From assembly GCA_964016885.1 (NCBI GenBank), contig CAXHJY010000702.1, forward strand, positions 1-64,000: a stretch of DNA of 64,000 nucleotides, read 5' to 3'. A program made the position numbers and the translations under genes. The notes beneath the pieces were generated by a model, which saw only the letters and a list, made by a program, of their open reading frames with translations, had not been told where the DNA came from and ran no database searches. This stretch comes from Eledone cirrhosa (lineage: Eukaryota). Of this stretch, positions 19,086 to 33,826 are shown piece after piece (the first letter of the stretch is position 1; every line of letters starts with the position of its first letter).

Positions 19086-19662
19086 AAAATTGGGAATGTA
19101 AATCAACAAAACACAACTAAAATAGGAAATACTGAAAGATTGTGAGATTAAACCCATAACTTAATATAATTAATTTCTGTCCTATATTTCTAAAGATTTT
19201 ATTTATTTCTTATCTGCCTATTTATTCATTTTTATTTTCTCTCGATAAATTATTGAGATAACAAAAAGCATATTGATAGACTTCATTTATAGATGAATGG
19301 CAAAATAATAGTTGCAAAACTAAAAAAAAAATCTATATATCTGTTGTGTTGTAACAATTCTCCTTTCACATTATTTCCAATGTTAAAGCAACTACTTGTG
19401 ACAAATCCATGCTGAACACTACATTTTAAAACTAGCTGAATAATAGCAGCTGGCCAGATGATCAAGGTTTCAACATATTATGTATTGTCACAAATACTGT
19501 GTTATGGAACTGACTAGAGCCCTTAGAACTGAAACATTTGAGAAACTTCTTATGAGACACATCCTCATAGGAAGCAAGCTAAATCTGCATAGGTGTGAAA
19601 TGTAGATTTCCTTTTTCGTGGATCTAGCAAAAATATTTTTTTGACTTAGTTGAAAGTGAAGG

Positions 19663-19785
19663 TATATGGCCGGGTTAGGCTGTTCAGCTCATGACCATGA
19701 GGTTATGGATTTGATTCCCAGACTGGGTGATGCATTGTGTCTTTGTGCAAGATATTTCATTTCACATTTCAGCTGAAAAAAAATG
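19663..19785 (+). mobile_element. tRNA-derived SINE (diverged)
   Basis: Similar to the 15418 copy (CAGACTGGGTGATGCATTGTGTCTTTGTGCAAGA). Confidence 0.55.
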
Positions 19786-20669
19786 ATTACCACGACCAGT
19801 AATTAACTCGTTGATGGACAGGTGTTCCATCTAGAGAGAAGTCTTGTACTTGAGTTGACTAATGACTAGGAATCTAGTATAACCTCTGACTTGATTAACT
19901 TCTGGACTTGGAATAAACTTTAACTTTTACAATTGAAACATAGCAATGTATCTTTTCTGTTTTTGAGAAAAGAGTTCTACTATAACTAATATTTCCTTAC
20001 TTTGCATTACAAATTTAATTTCTTTGTTGGATAATTAATTCCTTGTGCACCACTTCGAATAATGGTGTTGTATTACTCCAAGCTGAGAATGCCTAATATT
20101 CTTTGGATTTTTCAAAACATTGTTAAATTTAAAATGAAATATTCTGATCAGATTTGTTCTATTTACTTTGACTGACCCTGAACATCACAAACTATATTAA
20201 GACATAGTCTTCAGCATACAAAGAATCAGGAGTAAAAGTCATACCAGTCTCTATTGGCAACCAAATAGTTTGGAAGGAGCTAAAATCAGCCAACAGAAGT
20301 AGAATTATCCATGATGAAGCCGAAGAGGAGAACAATTTCTGCTGCAAGAATTCCTTTAAATGTTACATTAACCAGTATAACTTGTAAAATATTATTCTAC
20401 GTAGAACTTATGCAGTAAGATTTACCATCATTAACTGTTGAGTGGGAATCACAATTTTAGTACTTTATAACAGTATTCTTCTCTCCAGCAGTGCTGAGCA
20501 GTGTTAGTGTTACTGGGGAATATTTTGGATTCGTTTTCCTACACAATTACTTGATTTATTGTTATAACAGCCTACATGATATAAAACTAATCATTTTTTT
20601 AAATTGAAACTTGCTTTTAAATCTTGAAATGCATTTCATTAACATTATAATGGACACCATGCTTTGAGG

Positions 20670-20840
20670 CATAGTTACGTCCCTTTACATTCTGAGTTCA
20701 AATACCACCAAGGTTATCTTTGCCTTTCAACCTTACAGGGTCAATAAAATAAAGTACCAGTCAAACACTGGAGTCGATTTAATTAACTACCCCTCTTTCC
20801 CCAAATTGCTGCCCTTGTGCCTAAATCAGAAGCCATTATT
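20670..20840 (+). mobile_element. SINE (GGTCGATAAAATAAAGTACC-core family)
   Basis: CTGAGTTCAAAT B-box, core, and GCCTTGTGCCTAAA tail shared with 27638-27777, 35965-36073 and 42200-42370. Confidence 0.7.
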
Positions 20841-21227
20841 TTATGTCCCCTTTTCTATGCTGACATAGGGTTGTTATAGATCAAGTCACTACTTAATCAG
20901 AGCTTGTGATTTGATGAAACTTAATATTTCAGGTCTTCCACATTTATCACAGCACTATGATATAAGGTACATAAAAAATACAGCAACAGCTCTATTTAGA
21001 ATTATTTCTACAACATAAAAAAAAACCGCACACCAGGAAACACCCTGGTACACACTGTAAAGTGTTTACACTAGAAATTGCATCCATCTGTAGAAACCGT
21101 GTCAAACATGAAACAAATTTGGTAAAATATTTGTTCCTGTCTACAAGGGCAGTAGCTCCAATTAAGTGCTGGCTTTGTCTGTAACAACCCATCCATCTTA
21201 TGCCAACATGGAAAAATGAATGTAAAA

Positions 21228-21261
<34 letters not shown>

Positions 21262-22249
21262 ATCATCATTATCATCATCAATTTTACATTCATTTTTCTA
21301 TGTTTGTATTAGGTGGCCTGTTTACAATACACATATTTAGACACACATTCATACACACACACTTTTAAATAAATGTCTGAACTATTTCTAAATGAAACTG
21401 AGATTGCTATTTATTTATTTTGGCATTCCAGATTGGCAGATTTCAAATATGTTTCTTTGGTTATTAATTGATAAAATTAAGTAGATAAATATATAAATAT
21501 ATAAATACATGCCTAGCTCTTATTTCTGATCTGAACTGATTTATGATTTCATCATCTTTACTTTTTTTCATTTTAGTAAGGAGGAAAAAATTCAATTAGT
21601 TAATGAAATTAACTAATTAATGAAATAAAGAATTAATACTCAAACATCAGTGAATATTTCACAATAATTATTTCATTTCCTATTTCTATTTATAATTACC
21701 ACCTAAATGAAATGAGCTTATTATGCACAATCATCCAATATACATTGGCATAAAGTTGTCCATTAAGCTGTTGATTATTATAGTGATGATCTTCAGGGTA
21801 TAATTATTAGCCATTGAAAAGTTCTTTCTATAAAATTTTGACAAATTATTTCTAGTATTGATTGAACATTGGAACAATTTGAGTGCATATATAATTCTGT
21901 TCAATGTAGTGATTTTTATTTTCCCAAATGGATTTGTAATCTGCTATGATAACCTTGAATGTTAAAATTACATTCATTCACTCTTTATTTATTTATTTAT
22001 TGCTGGGGTCAAGTCATTAGCCTGCAGTCATGTAGAGGCACTGCCTGGATGGGATTCTGTTGATCAGATCAACCCCACTACTTAATTTCACAGGTCTGGT
22101 ACCTATTCATACTGATAACGTTTATGCCAAACCATTATGTTACAGGATGCAAACAAACAGTAAACATAAATACAGACACTCTGCTTTGTTGTTTATTTGT
22201 GGCTACTGTATGTAAATAATTAAAGCTTAATTCTTAAATTGCCCACATT

Positions 22250-23150
22250 CCTTCCCATTGCTTACCTCAAGGTCTCAACTGCAGCATTAGTCAATGTGTT
22301 TTTTTGATAGAGGATGCTCTTGTTGGCATGTGCTTCTAGATCTGTATGTGTAACATTTGGATGGTATTTCCAATGTATGAGGAGCCATGTCGTCTACATG
22401 TGATCCTGTATACCACATATGCTCTCATGCATATTTCCACATTATTGATGAGATAGTTAGGAAGTGTGCATATATTGCTGCAAGCAAGTCAGGATTTGTA
22501 GAGTAAACCGCTCAATGAGAGTCCTGAATGTGCTACCTGTATGGTCATACCATCTCTATGGATGGCCTGTTGGGTGGCAGTGGTCTTATCAGTGCGAACT
22601 CTCTGGAATTCCTCCAAGCTGGTGTCTTTGTTAATACCTTCATTGTATTTGTTGCATATCTGGGAAATCTCATTCCATACATAGACCATTTTGGCTCTGT
22701 AGGCAAAAGCAGAATTCTGGTGTACAAAAATGATTATGCAGGCATCTTTTCTGTAAAATTTGTTGTATCTGGATCTTTTCTCTGTGATGTGATTATTAGT
22801 GCAAAGTCAAGTAGAGAGAGGAATTCAGTGATATACGGATGCTCAACATCAAAGGTTTTGAATGCCTACATTTTTGAAGACACAAATTTTGATGGTTTCT
22901 TCATGTGATGGAGAAAAAGGAGCATGAGTGGTCGGTGGTAAGCTCTGTATATTTGAATTGGTCAATGAACATGATGACTAGCAGGCCCAAGAGACTTGAC
23001 TCTATCAGTAGTCTTGAAATCTGTTTGAAAATGGAGTCCTCAAACTCGAAAAAGTTGTTGCTCATGATGACATAGTGCAACTCGTGGATGTCAGTGGCAG
23101 TGGGGTAAAAGAAAAAATTGAGGTCAGTAGAGGTGATATTGTTGTCAGTA
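22250..23150 (-). pseudogene. Decayed Penelope-like RT fragment
   Basis: Minus strand NNFFEFEDSIFKQISRLLIESSL...MFIDQF resembles the PLE RT motif-B region; FLSLLDF resembles motif E; many stops. Confidence 0.6.
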
Positions 23151-23469
23151 ATTAAGTTTATATATATATATATATAATGTTGTTGTTCAGCTAAGGCCAT
23201 CATTTCTCTATGCTATAGTTGAACGTTTTCAACAGAAATCCATGTAGGCAATATCCTTCATTTAAGAATATTGTGTATTAGAAGTAGTGTTTTATGGTCA
23301 AATTATTTGGTCCATTGATTCAAATTCATCTATGTTAACATAAATAAATTGTCTTTATTATTTTTTTTTTTTTCAATTATAATGCCAAAGAATTGTATGT
23401 CTCGCCTTTCATATTGCTTGACTAGTTTTAACACAGAATCAATTTTTATGTTATTGTAATATATGAGTG

Positions 23470-23925
23470 GCCAATAGAAATATTTTTCTCAAAATATTTG
23501 CACTATACATTTTAGATGGACACAAGCATTTTTATTTTTTGTGTTTGTTGAAATGTAAAGTTTTGATATGTAAGATGGCTGGCAAATATCATAATGGTTG
23601 ACTATAGAAGCATGTGATAAGTTATATTATGTCACTGTCCAATAGGAATATTATTCTCAAAATATTTGCACTGTACATTTTACATTGGCACAGCCAGTTG
23701 TGTGTGTGTGTGTGTGTTGAAATGTAAGCTGTCTGGTGAATATCATGTTGGTTGGCTATAGAAGCATGTGATAAGCTATATTATATTATTGTCCAGTAGG
23801 ATTACTTTTCTCAAAATATTGGCACTACACATTTTACATTAACACCCATACCATGCTTTTTTAGCATTCAAGGGCAACGTTTTGATATATAAGCTGGTGA
23901 ATATTGGTTGTATATAGAAGTAGGT
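23470..23925. repeat. Degenerate ~155-170-bp tandem repeat, 3 copies
   Basis: TCTCAAAATATT(T/G)GCACT..ACATTTTA and TATAGAAG recur three times. Confidence 0.75.
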
Positions 23926-26900
23926 TGTAAGAATTATTGTAATTTAGTCTGCTTATTGAAATGATTTAATTTTAATATATTCTGCTAGAATTGTGATAAA
24001 TCCTAAAAATAAAATATATTACTATTGTTATTGATATATTTAGTTACAAACACATGTGAACTTAAATGTGATTGGAGTATCACAGTGGCATCCTGCAGAA
24101 TGATAAGAAACTAACAATTCATGAAAAAAAAAATTAAAATTTCTTCTATATTGAAACCCATTACAGCTTGAAGCAATTTATGTAAACTGGTTGAAAAGAT
24201 TTACAGGAATCTTTAGAAAATTGTTTCGATTTAAAATTTAGTTTATGAATTTTTGTCTTGTAATATGACTGTAGTTTCATAGCAACTGTAAGACTTGCAA
24301 ATTTAAAATTGAAATGGCACTTTTTGACACTTATATTTTGTTATCGTTGCAAAGTAAATATCAATTCATATAGAATGTTGAAGTTTTTGTATATGTAAAA
24401 TTAAGATTTCTATTCTGAGCATTTATTAAATTAGATGATTATTCAATATTAAGTTTTAAATTTCAATTCTCTTCCTTCACTCTACAGTATTTTAGTTTGT
24501 TCAAATTTCATTATTATGCTGAACAATTCAAAGCAACATTTTCACAAACTCTTCTTTCCTACTTTAAAGTACTGTTTCATTTTATAGCTTAGCTTCTAAA
24601 AAAACAAAAAAATATCTACCTAGACAGAATATGGTATTTATTTCTGTAACCCTTTCTTTACCATATTTCTAATGAAATACACTGGATATGATTTTCAAGT
24701 ATTTTGAGAAAATATTCAAGTATTTGAATAGATGTAGTAATATACTTAACTTAACAGCATAATTTTACGAAGTTTCTTACATAAAATTAACGTGGAACGA
24801 TTTTAAATAAATATAAATACACTTTGAAGCACACAATTATGTATTGTAGAACCAAGAAAGGTTTCGGGCATTTTGATATTAAACAGATTAATACAAGCTT
24901 AGGCTAAATTGTTATAAAGATTTTATATGGGCACAGACATAGCCGTGCTGTTAAACATTGACTTTGAGATCATGTGGTTTTGAGTTCAATTCTACTTTTT
25001 GCCACATTTGGCAGGTGACTTCTACTATAGACTCAGGCTGATCAATACCTTATGAGTGAAATTCAATAAACAGAAACTGTGTAGAACATCATGTGCATGT
25101 GTCAGTCTATCTGTCTCAGTGTGCTTTCACATGCACTGGTTCAGCAGACGGTGACATGTTCCACATAAACATTATGTCCTCCAGATCCGTGGTATGATTA
25201 AAAAGAGTGCAATGTATATCTTAGTAGTTTTCAAGTGTTATACTAGAAAATAAATAAGGTTTGCCATCAGGAAGTCACCCAGCTCTACAGTACTCTCCCC
25301 AATCATCTTGTCTAAGGAAAAGGATGCTGATGCATTCAAAATATTCTCATGATATCTAATATCATATAAGAAAGTTTATATCTTATAAATCTGGTAATGT
25401 TTACAAAGCAGAATATCTACCAAGATCACAAAATTCTTCCTTTTTTAATTATAAATTGGACAGATTAATCAATATATTCTTAACACATTTTTTTCTAATA
25501 ACATTAATTAGTTTTTTTGTAACTAAAAATGTTTGTTTCTGGAGTTTTAAAATTTATGTGCTTGGAAATCGATTTCATGTCAAGTTTAGCCAGTAATTTC
25601 CAATTGTGTCCACTTATAACACTATTTGATCATTACTCTTCATTTTGTTAATAATTTATTGAAAAAAGTAGTTTGTTTGATTGTTGTTTAACACATGGTT
25701 AGTACTGAATGAGCAAATCTATGATCAACGACATTCTGATTGTGACCATCTATATTTAGTTTAAGATAGTAGGATGTGATTTAACCCTTATGCTACCAAC
25801 CCATTGAATACTGCTGCTGTTTCTACGAAACAATAACAACCCATTTTAAGTGTTGATGATTATGAATATGGAAGTAGGTGTATCATAATGAAAATAATCG
25901 TACAGTTCCCTAGTTTAGCTGTCGGTTGCCAGATAAGGTGCCTTAATTTATCGAAAAGCAAAGTAATGCCAAATAATGACTCAGATTGCTATAGCCTGTC
26001 CAGCCAATACCAGGTTGGAAAGCAGACTTAAAATGATAGTGATGATAGCTAGATGGATCAGTAAAGAGATAGAGAAATTAAAGCACTAGATATTAGTTTC
26101 AAACATTCAAGCTGTATCATTTTTTTTCTTATAGACCTAAACTATTTGATATATTTTACTTGTCGGAAAATTATTGCCACTCACAGGTAAATGGTTCTTA
26201 AGAAAACCTAGCTAGGAATCATTTGGCTATATATTTTGCACTAATACCCATGTTGAAAACTTAGGTATTAGTGCAACCTCATAATGCATAGTGAATTTAA
26301 ATTTTCGAGTAAAAACAATAAGAAAAACCATGTATTCTAATTATCTCATAGATTTTTGTCATTAGACTGTTCCCATGCTAAGGCCTAACTTCAAGTGTGT
26401 TTAGCTCTAGTACTTGTTTCATTTTTAAAGCCTAGTAATTATTTTATCATTTTCTGTTTCTTGAACTGCTAAGTTATAGGACATACACAAACAACCCCTA
26501 TTATTGACACAGACACACTCATATATATGATGTTTCTGCCAGCAAAATTTCAATCACACAGCATTGGTCCACCCAAGGATATAGTAGTAGACACTTTCAG
26601 AAAGTGCTACATAGTAGGACTAAACTTGAATCCAAATGATTGTACAGCAAACTCTTTAACCACGCAGCCATTTATGCAAGTAATATTTTAGATGTTTACA
26701 GAAAAGGGGTTAAAGACCAACAATTACTTGGAAATAATTATGTGGAAGTAAATTATTTTAAGCTCTGAGTGAAAATAGCACTTAAAGAATGCTATAAAAC
26801 AAACATAGTTCTATTTCGATAAAGTATTAGTTTCAGAAGAATAACCTATAATTTTTATATGCTGAACTCTAAATATTTCCTTCAGCATAATTTATTAGTT

Positions 26901-27417
26901 TCATACATCTATTAACTATATACATAGTAGTTTAGCAGATTCATATATCGCTGTTCACTCACTTTGTAACACATTGTGATATACAAATGTAAAGTCAGAA
27001 TGGCTGAATGAATAAGATGTTCACTCTTAGATTTATAGGTTATAGCTATATATGTTACACAGACCATTTATTTCATTTTACTTATTTGAAATCAGCTCAG
27101 TATCAAACCGAATTGATAGCAATAGGTGAAGAAGCTTAGTGCTTTGTTTTCTTACATTTTCCTCCGATTCTGTCATATGTTTTACTGAGATTAATAACAT
27201 CACTTTTATATTTGTTTCCTTTCTGAAATATTTTGATTCTTTCTTTTATTCTTAATGGCTTAATTCATTATGCTTGAGCATGCTCAGATACTGCCCCCAA
27301 GAAATTTTAGTTGACCATATTTACCCCAGTACATTTTAAAAGTCTGGTGTTTATTTAATCAGTAAACACACACACACACACATTCACACGCAAACACACA
27401 CATATACGTATATATAT

Positions 27418-27487
<70 letters not shown>

Positions 27488-27637
27488 GACTGCAGTTTTT
27501 TAATTAAAGGCCATATGCTGTGTAAGGAAGGAAGTGCAAATATATTTTCTACAATTACTTTGTACACAGAAAAACATAAGGTAATATTATTGGTGAATTG
27601 GCAGTATCTGTAGAGGATCGGACACCATCCTTTCTAG

Positions 27638-27777
27638 CATAGTTACGTCCCTTTACGGTCTGAGTTCAAATCCCGTTGAGGTTAACTTTGCCTTTTATCC
27701 TTACGGGGTTGATAAAATAAAGTACCAGTAATGTACTGGCTATTTGCTGGCCTTGTGCCAAAAGTAGAAACAATTAT
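27638..27777 (+). mobile_element. SINE (GGTCGATAAAATAAAGTACC-core family)
   Basis: GTCTGAGTTCAAATCCCG..GAGGTTAACTTTGCCTTT.ATCCTTACGGGGT.GATAAAATAAAGTACCAG; nearly identical to 35965-36073. Confidence 0.75.
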
Positions 27778-28791
27778 TACATGTATCAAAGTCTAGTGTA
27801 TCCTCATCAGAAAAGGGACCTTATTAGCATCCTTATTTATGTGAAGTAAAATATAGAACATAACATAACATAAGGTCTGACTAATTTCCTGATGAGATTC
27901 ATTTAGCAATGTGTACACTGCAGAATCAAGAGGTGATTATCTTCTAATGCAAAGACAATTATCTTCTAATCTCTGAAACATGTAAAGATATTTTCATGTT
28001 TTTCTAAATACCGTAGGAATAGGGGAAAATGTGTTTACACTTCATTCTTTTCAAAGCAAGACTTCTAATAAAAAAAATAGTAGTTATATATGTATATATA
28101 TATAAGTGGAGAGATGCTGTGCTGAATAGGACCCGTCCAACCCTTGCAAGCAAGGAAAAGCGGACATAAAATGATGATATATATATATATATATATATAT
28201 GCATACATATACATTACATTCATCTTAAATCTTCTAATGTACACTGTTCTGCATGCATATTTATTAAGTAATGAAAGAAGTATTTTTCGAGTTACTATGG
28301 CCAAATATTTAATGAAGAGGCATGAGAATCATTTATCATTATTTAAGTCTGGTTCTTGATAGTAACACATTTTATCATGTGCTTGGCACAGGGTTACTGT
28401 AAAGTAATGCCAAGCCATGTCTGAATTTGTGACCTCAATTCAATAATTTAACATACTTTAGATTCGTCTGTTGTTGAAATGTGTTATTATTTAAGAGAAA
28501 GGTAAAGAAAGAATAAAGTGTTAAGATTTTTATCTTCAAAAAAATATCCATACTGTTAAAGCAATAAATAGTTTGGTTGTATAACAACATTGTTGACCAT
28601 TAATATCAATTGTGGACCTACATCTTTTCATTTAAGTGGGTAAATACGGTAATTTTAAATGCTTTTATTTGTAATTAGAATTAAATTAAAATTGGTCAGG
28701 AATCAGTAATTGTGAACTGGAGTTATTTCAATGAGAGGCTTTAATATTATCTGTTGATAAAAAAATATTTGAAGCAAAGGTGAATTAGTTT

Positions 28792-29661
28792 ACACACACA
28801 CCACACACGCAACGCACACACACACACACCACACACATACCACGTACATCACACACACACCACGTACATCACACACACACCACATACGTCACACCACATA
28901 CGTCACACCACATACGTCACACCACATACGTCACACCACATACGTCACACCACATACGTCATACCACACACGCCACACCACACACGCCACACACGAACCT
29001 CACACGTCACACACACACACACACCACACACGTCACACACACACCACACACGTCACACACACACCACACACGTCACACACACACCACACACGTCACACAC
29101 ACGCCACACACGTCACACACACACCACACACACACACATACACCACACACATACACCATACACACACACACACACATCACAGCACACACGTCATACACCA
29201 CAAACGTCATACAGCACACACGTCACACCACAGACACGCACGTCACACCACAGACACGCACGTCACAGCACACACGTCACAGCGCACACATCACAGCACA
29301 CGTCACAGCACACACGTCACAGCACACACGTCACACCACACACGTCACACCACACATCATACCACACACCACACACCACGCACACGCGTCACACACACAC
29401 GTCACACACATATCACACACACACATATCACACACACACATCAACCACACACAATCACACACATATCTCACACATATCACACACACATCTCACACATGTC
29501 ACACACACATCACACACACATCTCACACACGTCACACACACGTCACACACACACACATCCCACACATCACTTCACACACACGTCACACAGACACACATCC
29601 CACACATCACTTCACACACACACACATCTTACATACACATCACACACACATCACACACACA
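28792..29661. repeat. CA-rich micro/minisatellite with 14-bp CACACCACATACGT and 20-bp units
   Basis: Direct reading. Confidence 0.92.
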
Positions 29662-30139
29662 TCAAAAGAAAGAAAAATGATGTTTCTACTATAAATTTTA
29701 AACTATTTTATAGATTTATTTCAGAAATTGTTTTCCAATTTCTGTAAATATTACTTTACTACTAGTAACCTATGTCATAAAGCATAATGTCGACATACAA
29801 TGCAGCACTGCCTTGTTTTCACTCTACTACCCAACCAGTGCAGCTTAAAAGATCTCGCAGAATTTAATAATAATGCAAAGGACTGTGTAAAGAAATGGGA
29901 AACTGTCATATAACCACATGCTTTGAAGATACGAAAAGATGTCGACAGAATTGAACTGTTTTAATTTGGGGAATCCTGTGATGGTATACCTTATATACTA
30001 GTGTGATCAAACAAACTAAGAAACTTATACTTTGATATATCAATGGTTTGCTTAAGAAGAATCCTATAATTTATAGTGAATACTGACACATGGAAGTGGT
30101 TAAATATAAGAATGATATTTTAATAGTGTATTTTTCAGA

Positions 30140-30457
30140 TATCATCATCATCATCATCATCATTTTACGTCCGCTTTTCCCTGCTTGCAAGGGTGGGATG
30201 GGAACTGATTCTGGCTTGATTTCTACAGCTGGATGCCCTTCCTAACACCAACCTGGGTGCTTTTTTGCTGTGGCACCTCCACAACGACTTTGCAGTGGAA
30301 TGATAGGGACCCCTCTCCTTTCTACAGCTGAGTAAACTGGAGCAATGTGAAATAAAGTGTCTTGCTCAAGGAAACAACACATCACCCGGTCTGAGAATTG
30401 AACTCATAACCTTTTGATTGCAAGGCTAATGCTCTAACCACTAAGCCATGTGCCTCT
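30140..30457 (-). mobile_element. tRNA-derived SINE with RTE-like tail
   Basis: Near-identical to 9312-9646; complete tRNA-like head and (GAT)n tail. Confidence 0.85.
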
Positions 30458-30529
30458 ATATAATTACATAAATGTTCTGCATATGTGTACAAATGTCATA
30501 CAGTAGTAACCATATTATACATGTGGAGA

Positions 30530-31244
30530 CACTCAGAGCTCTCTTTGTGGGTTTTTTTTTCATAAATTTAACAAAAAACAGATTTTTCTCTGAAATTTAG
30601 TGACTTTTCCTAAAATATATCCTGCCAAACAATCACATAATTGATTTTGGAAAATATTTTCTCCATTGTCATAGAAACGGCAGGAGTTGTACAGGAGCTA
30701 TAAAATCGTGATATTTCTTTGATTTTTCTTGTTACATTTGATTAAACATTTGATGAAACAACTTATATAACCTAAATAATATCACCAAATATTAACTATC
30801 TAATGTATGTTTCGAGTTGATTAGCAATTGTTGCTATATTAACCATGTCGTTTCCATGGAAACAATTGTTTATCCCTTTTGCAAAATGTTTGACTTTGCA
30901 TTGTTTTTGTTTCATTTGCTAGCAAGCATACCAAATAGAAGATGCCTGACAGTACCTATAGGCAATACCTATATCCTTGCAAAGTATCATGGTCATAGCC
31001 CTAGTGGTTCTGGAAAAGAAGTTTTGAATGCTATATCTTGGTACAACTGATGACACCATTGGAAGAATACTGATGTCAGCAACATTTTTGTATTGCAGAC
31101 ATTTTGCATACCAATGGTGTATGCAAGTGCCAAGTTTCATTGCCATAGCACTTGTGTTTGAGGAATAAGCAGGGGAGATGTGGGGCTCTGAGATGCCTAA
31201 TCAACTTACAGAGCCCCTAAAATACCCAGGTTTTATAGGGTTAA
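30530..31244. mobile_element. Possible non-autonomous DNA element ending in ...TAGGGTTAA
   Basis: Right end CCCAGGTTTTATAGGGTTAA resembles TTAA-flanked termini; left end not identified. Confidence 0.3.
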
Positions 31245-31911
31245 ATGTTTAAGTAAGTTTGAAAAATATAACATGTGTACATTAGAACCCAGGGCCCTTG
31301 GAAAGCAAATTGCTTATTGTAGTACGTATTCCACATTTTGTGTAGATGTGTGTATATTTGTGTCTACACTGCAGGCATATATATCATCATCATCATCCAC
31401 TTGCCCTGCTAGCATATGTATATACATATATATCATAATCATCATTATCATGATCATTTAACGGCCCACCTTCCCAGCTAGTAAGGGCTGGATAGGTCTA
31501 CATAGAGAAAAAGTCAGAACTGAAGTGGGGCTACTTACCTCCTAGACAGTCCAAGGGGTCTGTATCTTGCATCATATTATTATAGTTGATAATTATATTG
31601 GTATAGTCACTGTAGCCATTAAAAACAGTCATACATTGATACATTTATCTTAATTATTATTCTATCTTTACTTTTTACTATTTTGTCAAAAAGGGAAGAG
31701 CAGTGCTCATGCTCCTTTTCAGGGCACACAAGACTAGGTGAAAGCAAAGGATGGGCTATCCTAAACTTTAAAACTTGTCTAAATGCTAAAAGCATCCAAA
31801 ACAAGGTGGTGGTATTAAACTTGTTGACCATTTAAGACTACTACTCCTGAAGGCTACAACATGATTTCATTGTAAAATATGAAACAAGACAGAAAAATAC
31901 TATAGTTCTGC

Positions 31912-32000
31912 CAGTGTACTGGCCTGGAGTAGTACTTTAAATTTGTCAACATCAAAAAGATGAAGTGCAAAGTTGACCTCAGCAGGATTTGAATTCAGAG
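31912..32000 (-). mobile_element. SINE fragment (same core family, reverse orientation)
   Basis: Reverse complement resembles 27655-27730. Confidence 0.55.
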
Positions 32001-33630
32001 TCCAGGGAGGCAGTATAAATATTCCATGGCATTTTGTTATATGCTCTTCCTATTCACCACTTCATACATCTACAACTTGTTCACTGATACTCTATATCAC
32101 AATATTTTCAAGGCTGGCATGGCCATTAAGCCCAATTTAGCAGCCACATTAGGCATTGATCTCAGAGAGGTTCATTACTGACATACAATGAATCAGTTTT
32201 ACACAGATTTATATAAATAAGTTAAATATACAAGAGGTTCTTACAGTCAACAAATATATCCCCAAACATCTTTGCAACTTTGCAGCACAGTGAAAATATC
32301 AATAAAGGAGAAAGGGCCGTATGGTTCTATGAACTGTCACATGATTTGGTGTTGATGGTTGTCTAGTAGAAAATTCAAGCTTAGTTATTTTTCGATTGTT
32401 GTCAAAGCAATAAATGTCAATAATTAGGTTTTTCAGCTTACCAAACTAAGGTGAAAGTGTTATTTATGAGTAGAGGGTGCATACTTGGGAGAAGAGGTTT
32501 GTGTATTGTAAGGCTAGCCTTAGGCAGGTGCTCAATTAAATTGGTCATATAATTCTCCTTGAAATGCATGTCCTTGTACCATAGATAGAAGTCATCAGTG
32601 ATACTGATGAAAAATGTTTCTGACTTGTAGCATCATTATATTTCCTTGTTTTCTTTTCTTAAAAAAGAAGTATAAGAATCATTCAAAATGTATTTTACTA
32701 AAATAAAGCACCAGGAAGTAACAGCAAAATAAAGTTCTTTTTTTGCTGTTAGTTCTCCTGCTGTTTACTAATATATCAAATAACTTCTGTATTCATGAAT
32801 TAAACATTAGCGCAACTTACCTTAATCAAGCTACCAATGTATGATAGAGTATAACTGTATGAATATATTTTCAACATACGTATTCATACTATATCATATT
32901 ATGAACATAAAGTAGATTTCAGGATGATAATGTTGTCACAGGTATAGAATTATGTTTATGGGTTAAACATTTCAATGTAGCATGCTTTAACCATTTCGAT
33001 GCCAGCATGGCCATAACTGGGCCTGATTCAATGAAAGAATACTACCCATATTAATGGGCTCCTATCCAAACTAAAACTTTGCAACATTTTAAAGTTACAA
33101 AGACTACCTAAGTAAATGCCAGTAAATTCGTCCAAATTCGTCATTAACTCAAAGAAATATAGTGTGTCTGCAGAATGTTAATGAAAGTGTTATGTCTTAA
33201 CATTCTCTAATGATTTTGCAAATATTATCTGAAAATGGGTTTGTTAATTCAAATATTCATAGTATCTTTTCTCTCTTTTTCATTATGAAAATTTGCAGCT
33301 TTAGAAGAATATTTTAGTTTTTAGTGGTGTAGGTATAATGCTGTCTTGCACTTTTCAAGAATGTTTGGCTAATGCAGTGTTATGCAGTACATGGAAGTAA
33401 AGAGTTCATGAAACTTCTTTAAAGATATATGCCATTCTCAATTATGTTCTTGGTGTTATGAAGGGCATTTAGGTATAAAATATATTGCTACGATAATTCA
33501 TATACATATCTAAATTGGAAAAGTAAAACTCATTATAACATGGCAGACAAATTATAAATGTATATATAAATTATATCTACTACATTCAGCAAAATATATT
33601 TCAATTGCTCCCAAGAAATTATATACATAG

Positions 33631-33767
33631 GTGTGTGTGTATGCTTGTGTGTGTGTCTGCTTATGTGTATGTGTGTATCTGCTTGTGTGTGTGTGTGTCT
33701 GCTTGTGTGTGTATGTGTGTGTGTATGTCTGCTTGTGTGTGTGTCTGCTTGTGTGTGTGTGTATGAA

Positions 33768-33826
<59 letters not shown>
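33631..33826. repeat. (TG)n with TCTGCT interruptions plus (TA)n
   Basis: Direct reading. Confidence 0.9.

Noticed and set aside
27802-27897. CTGATGAG motifs in inverted orientation with GACCTTAT/ATAAGGTC arms
   Set aside because: No stem II-GAAA-stem III follows, so it is not a hammerhead; at most a decayed hairpin or MITE
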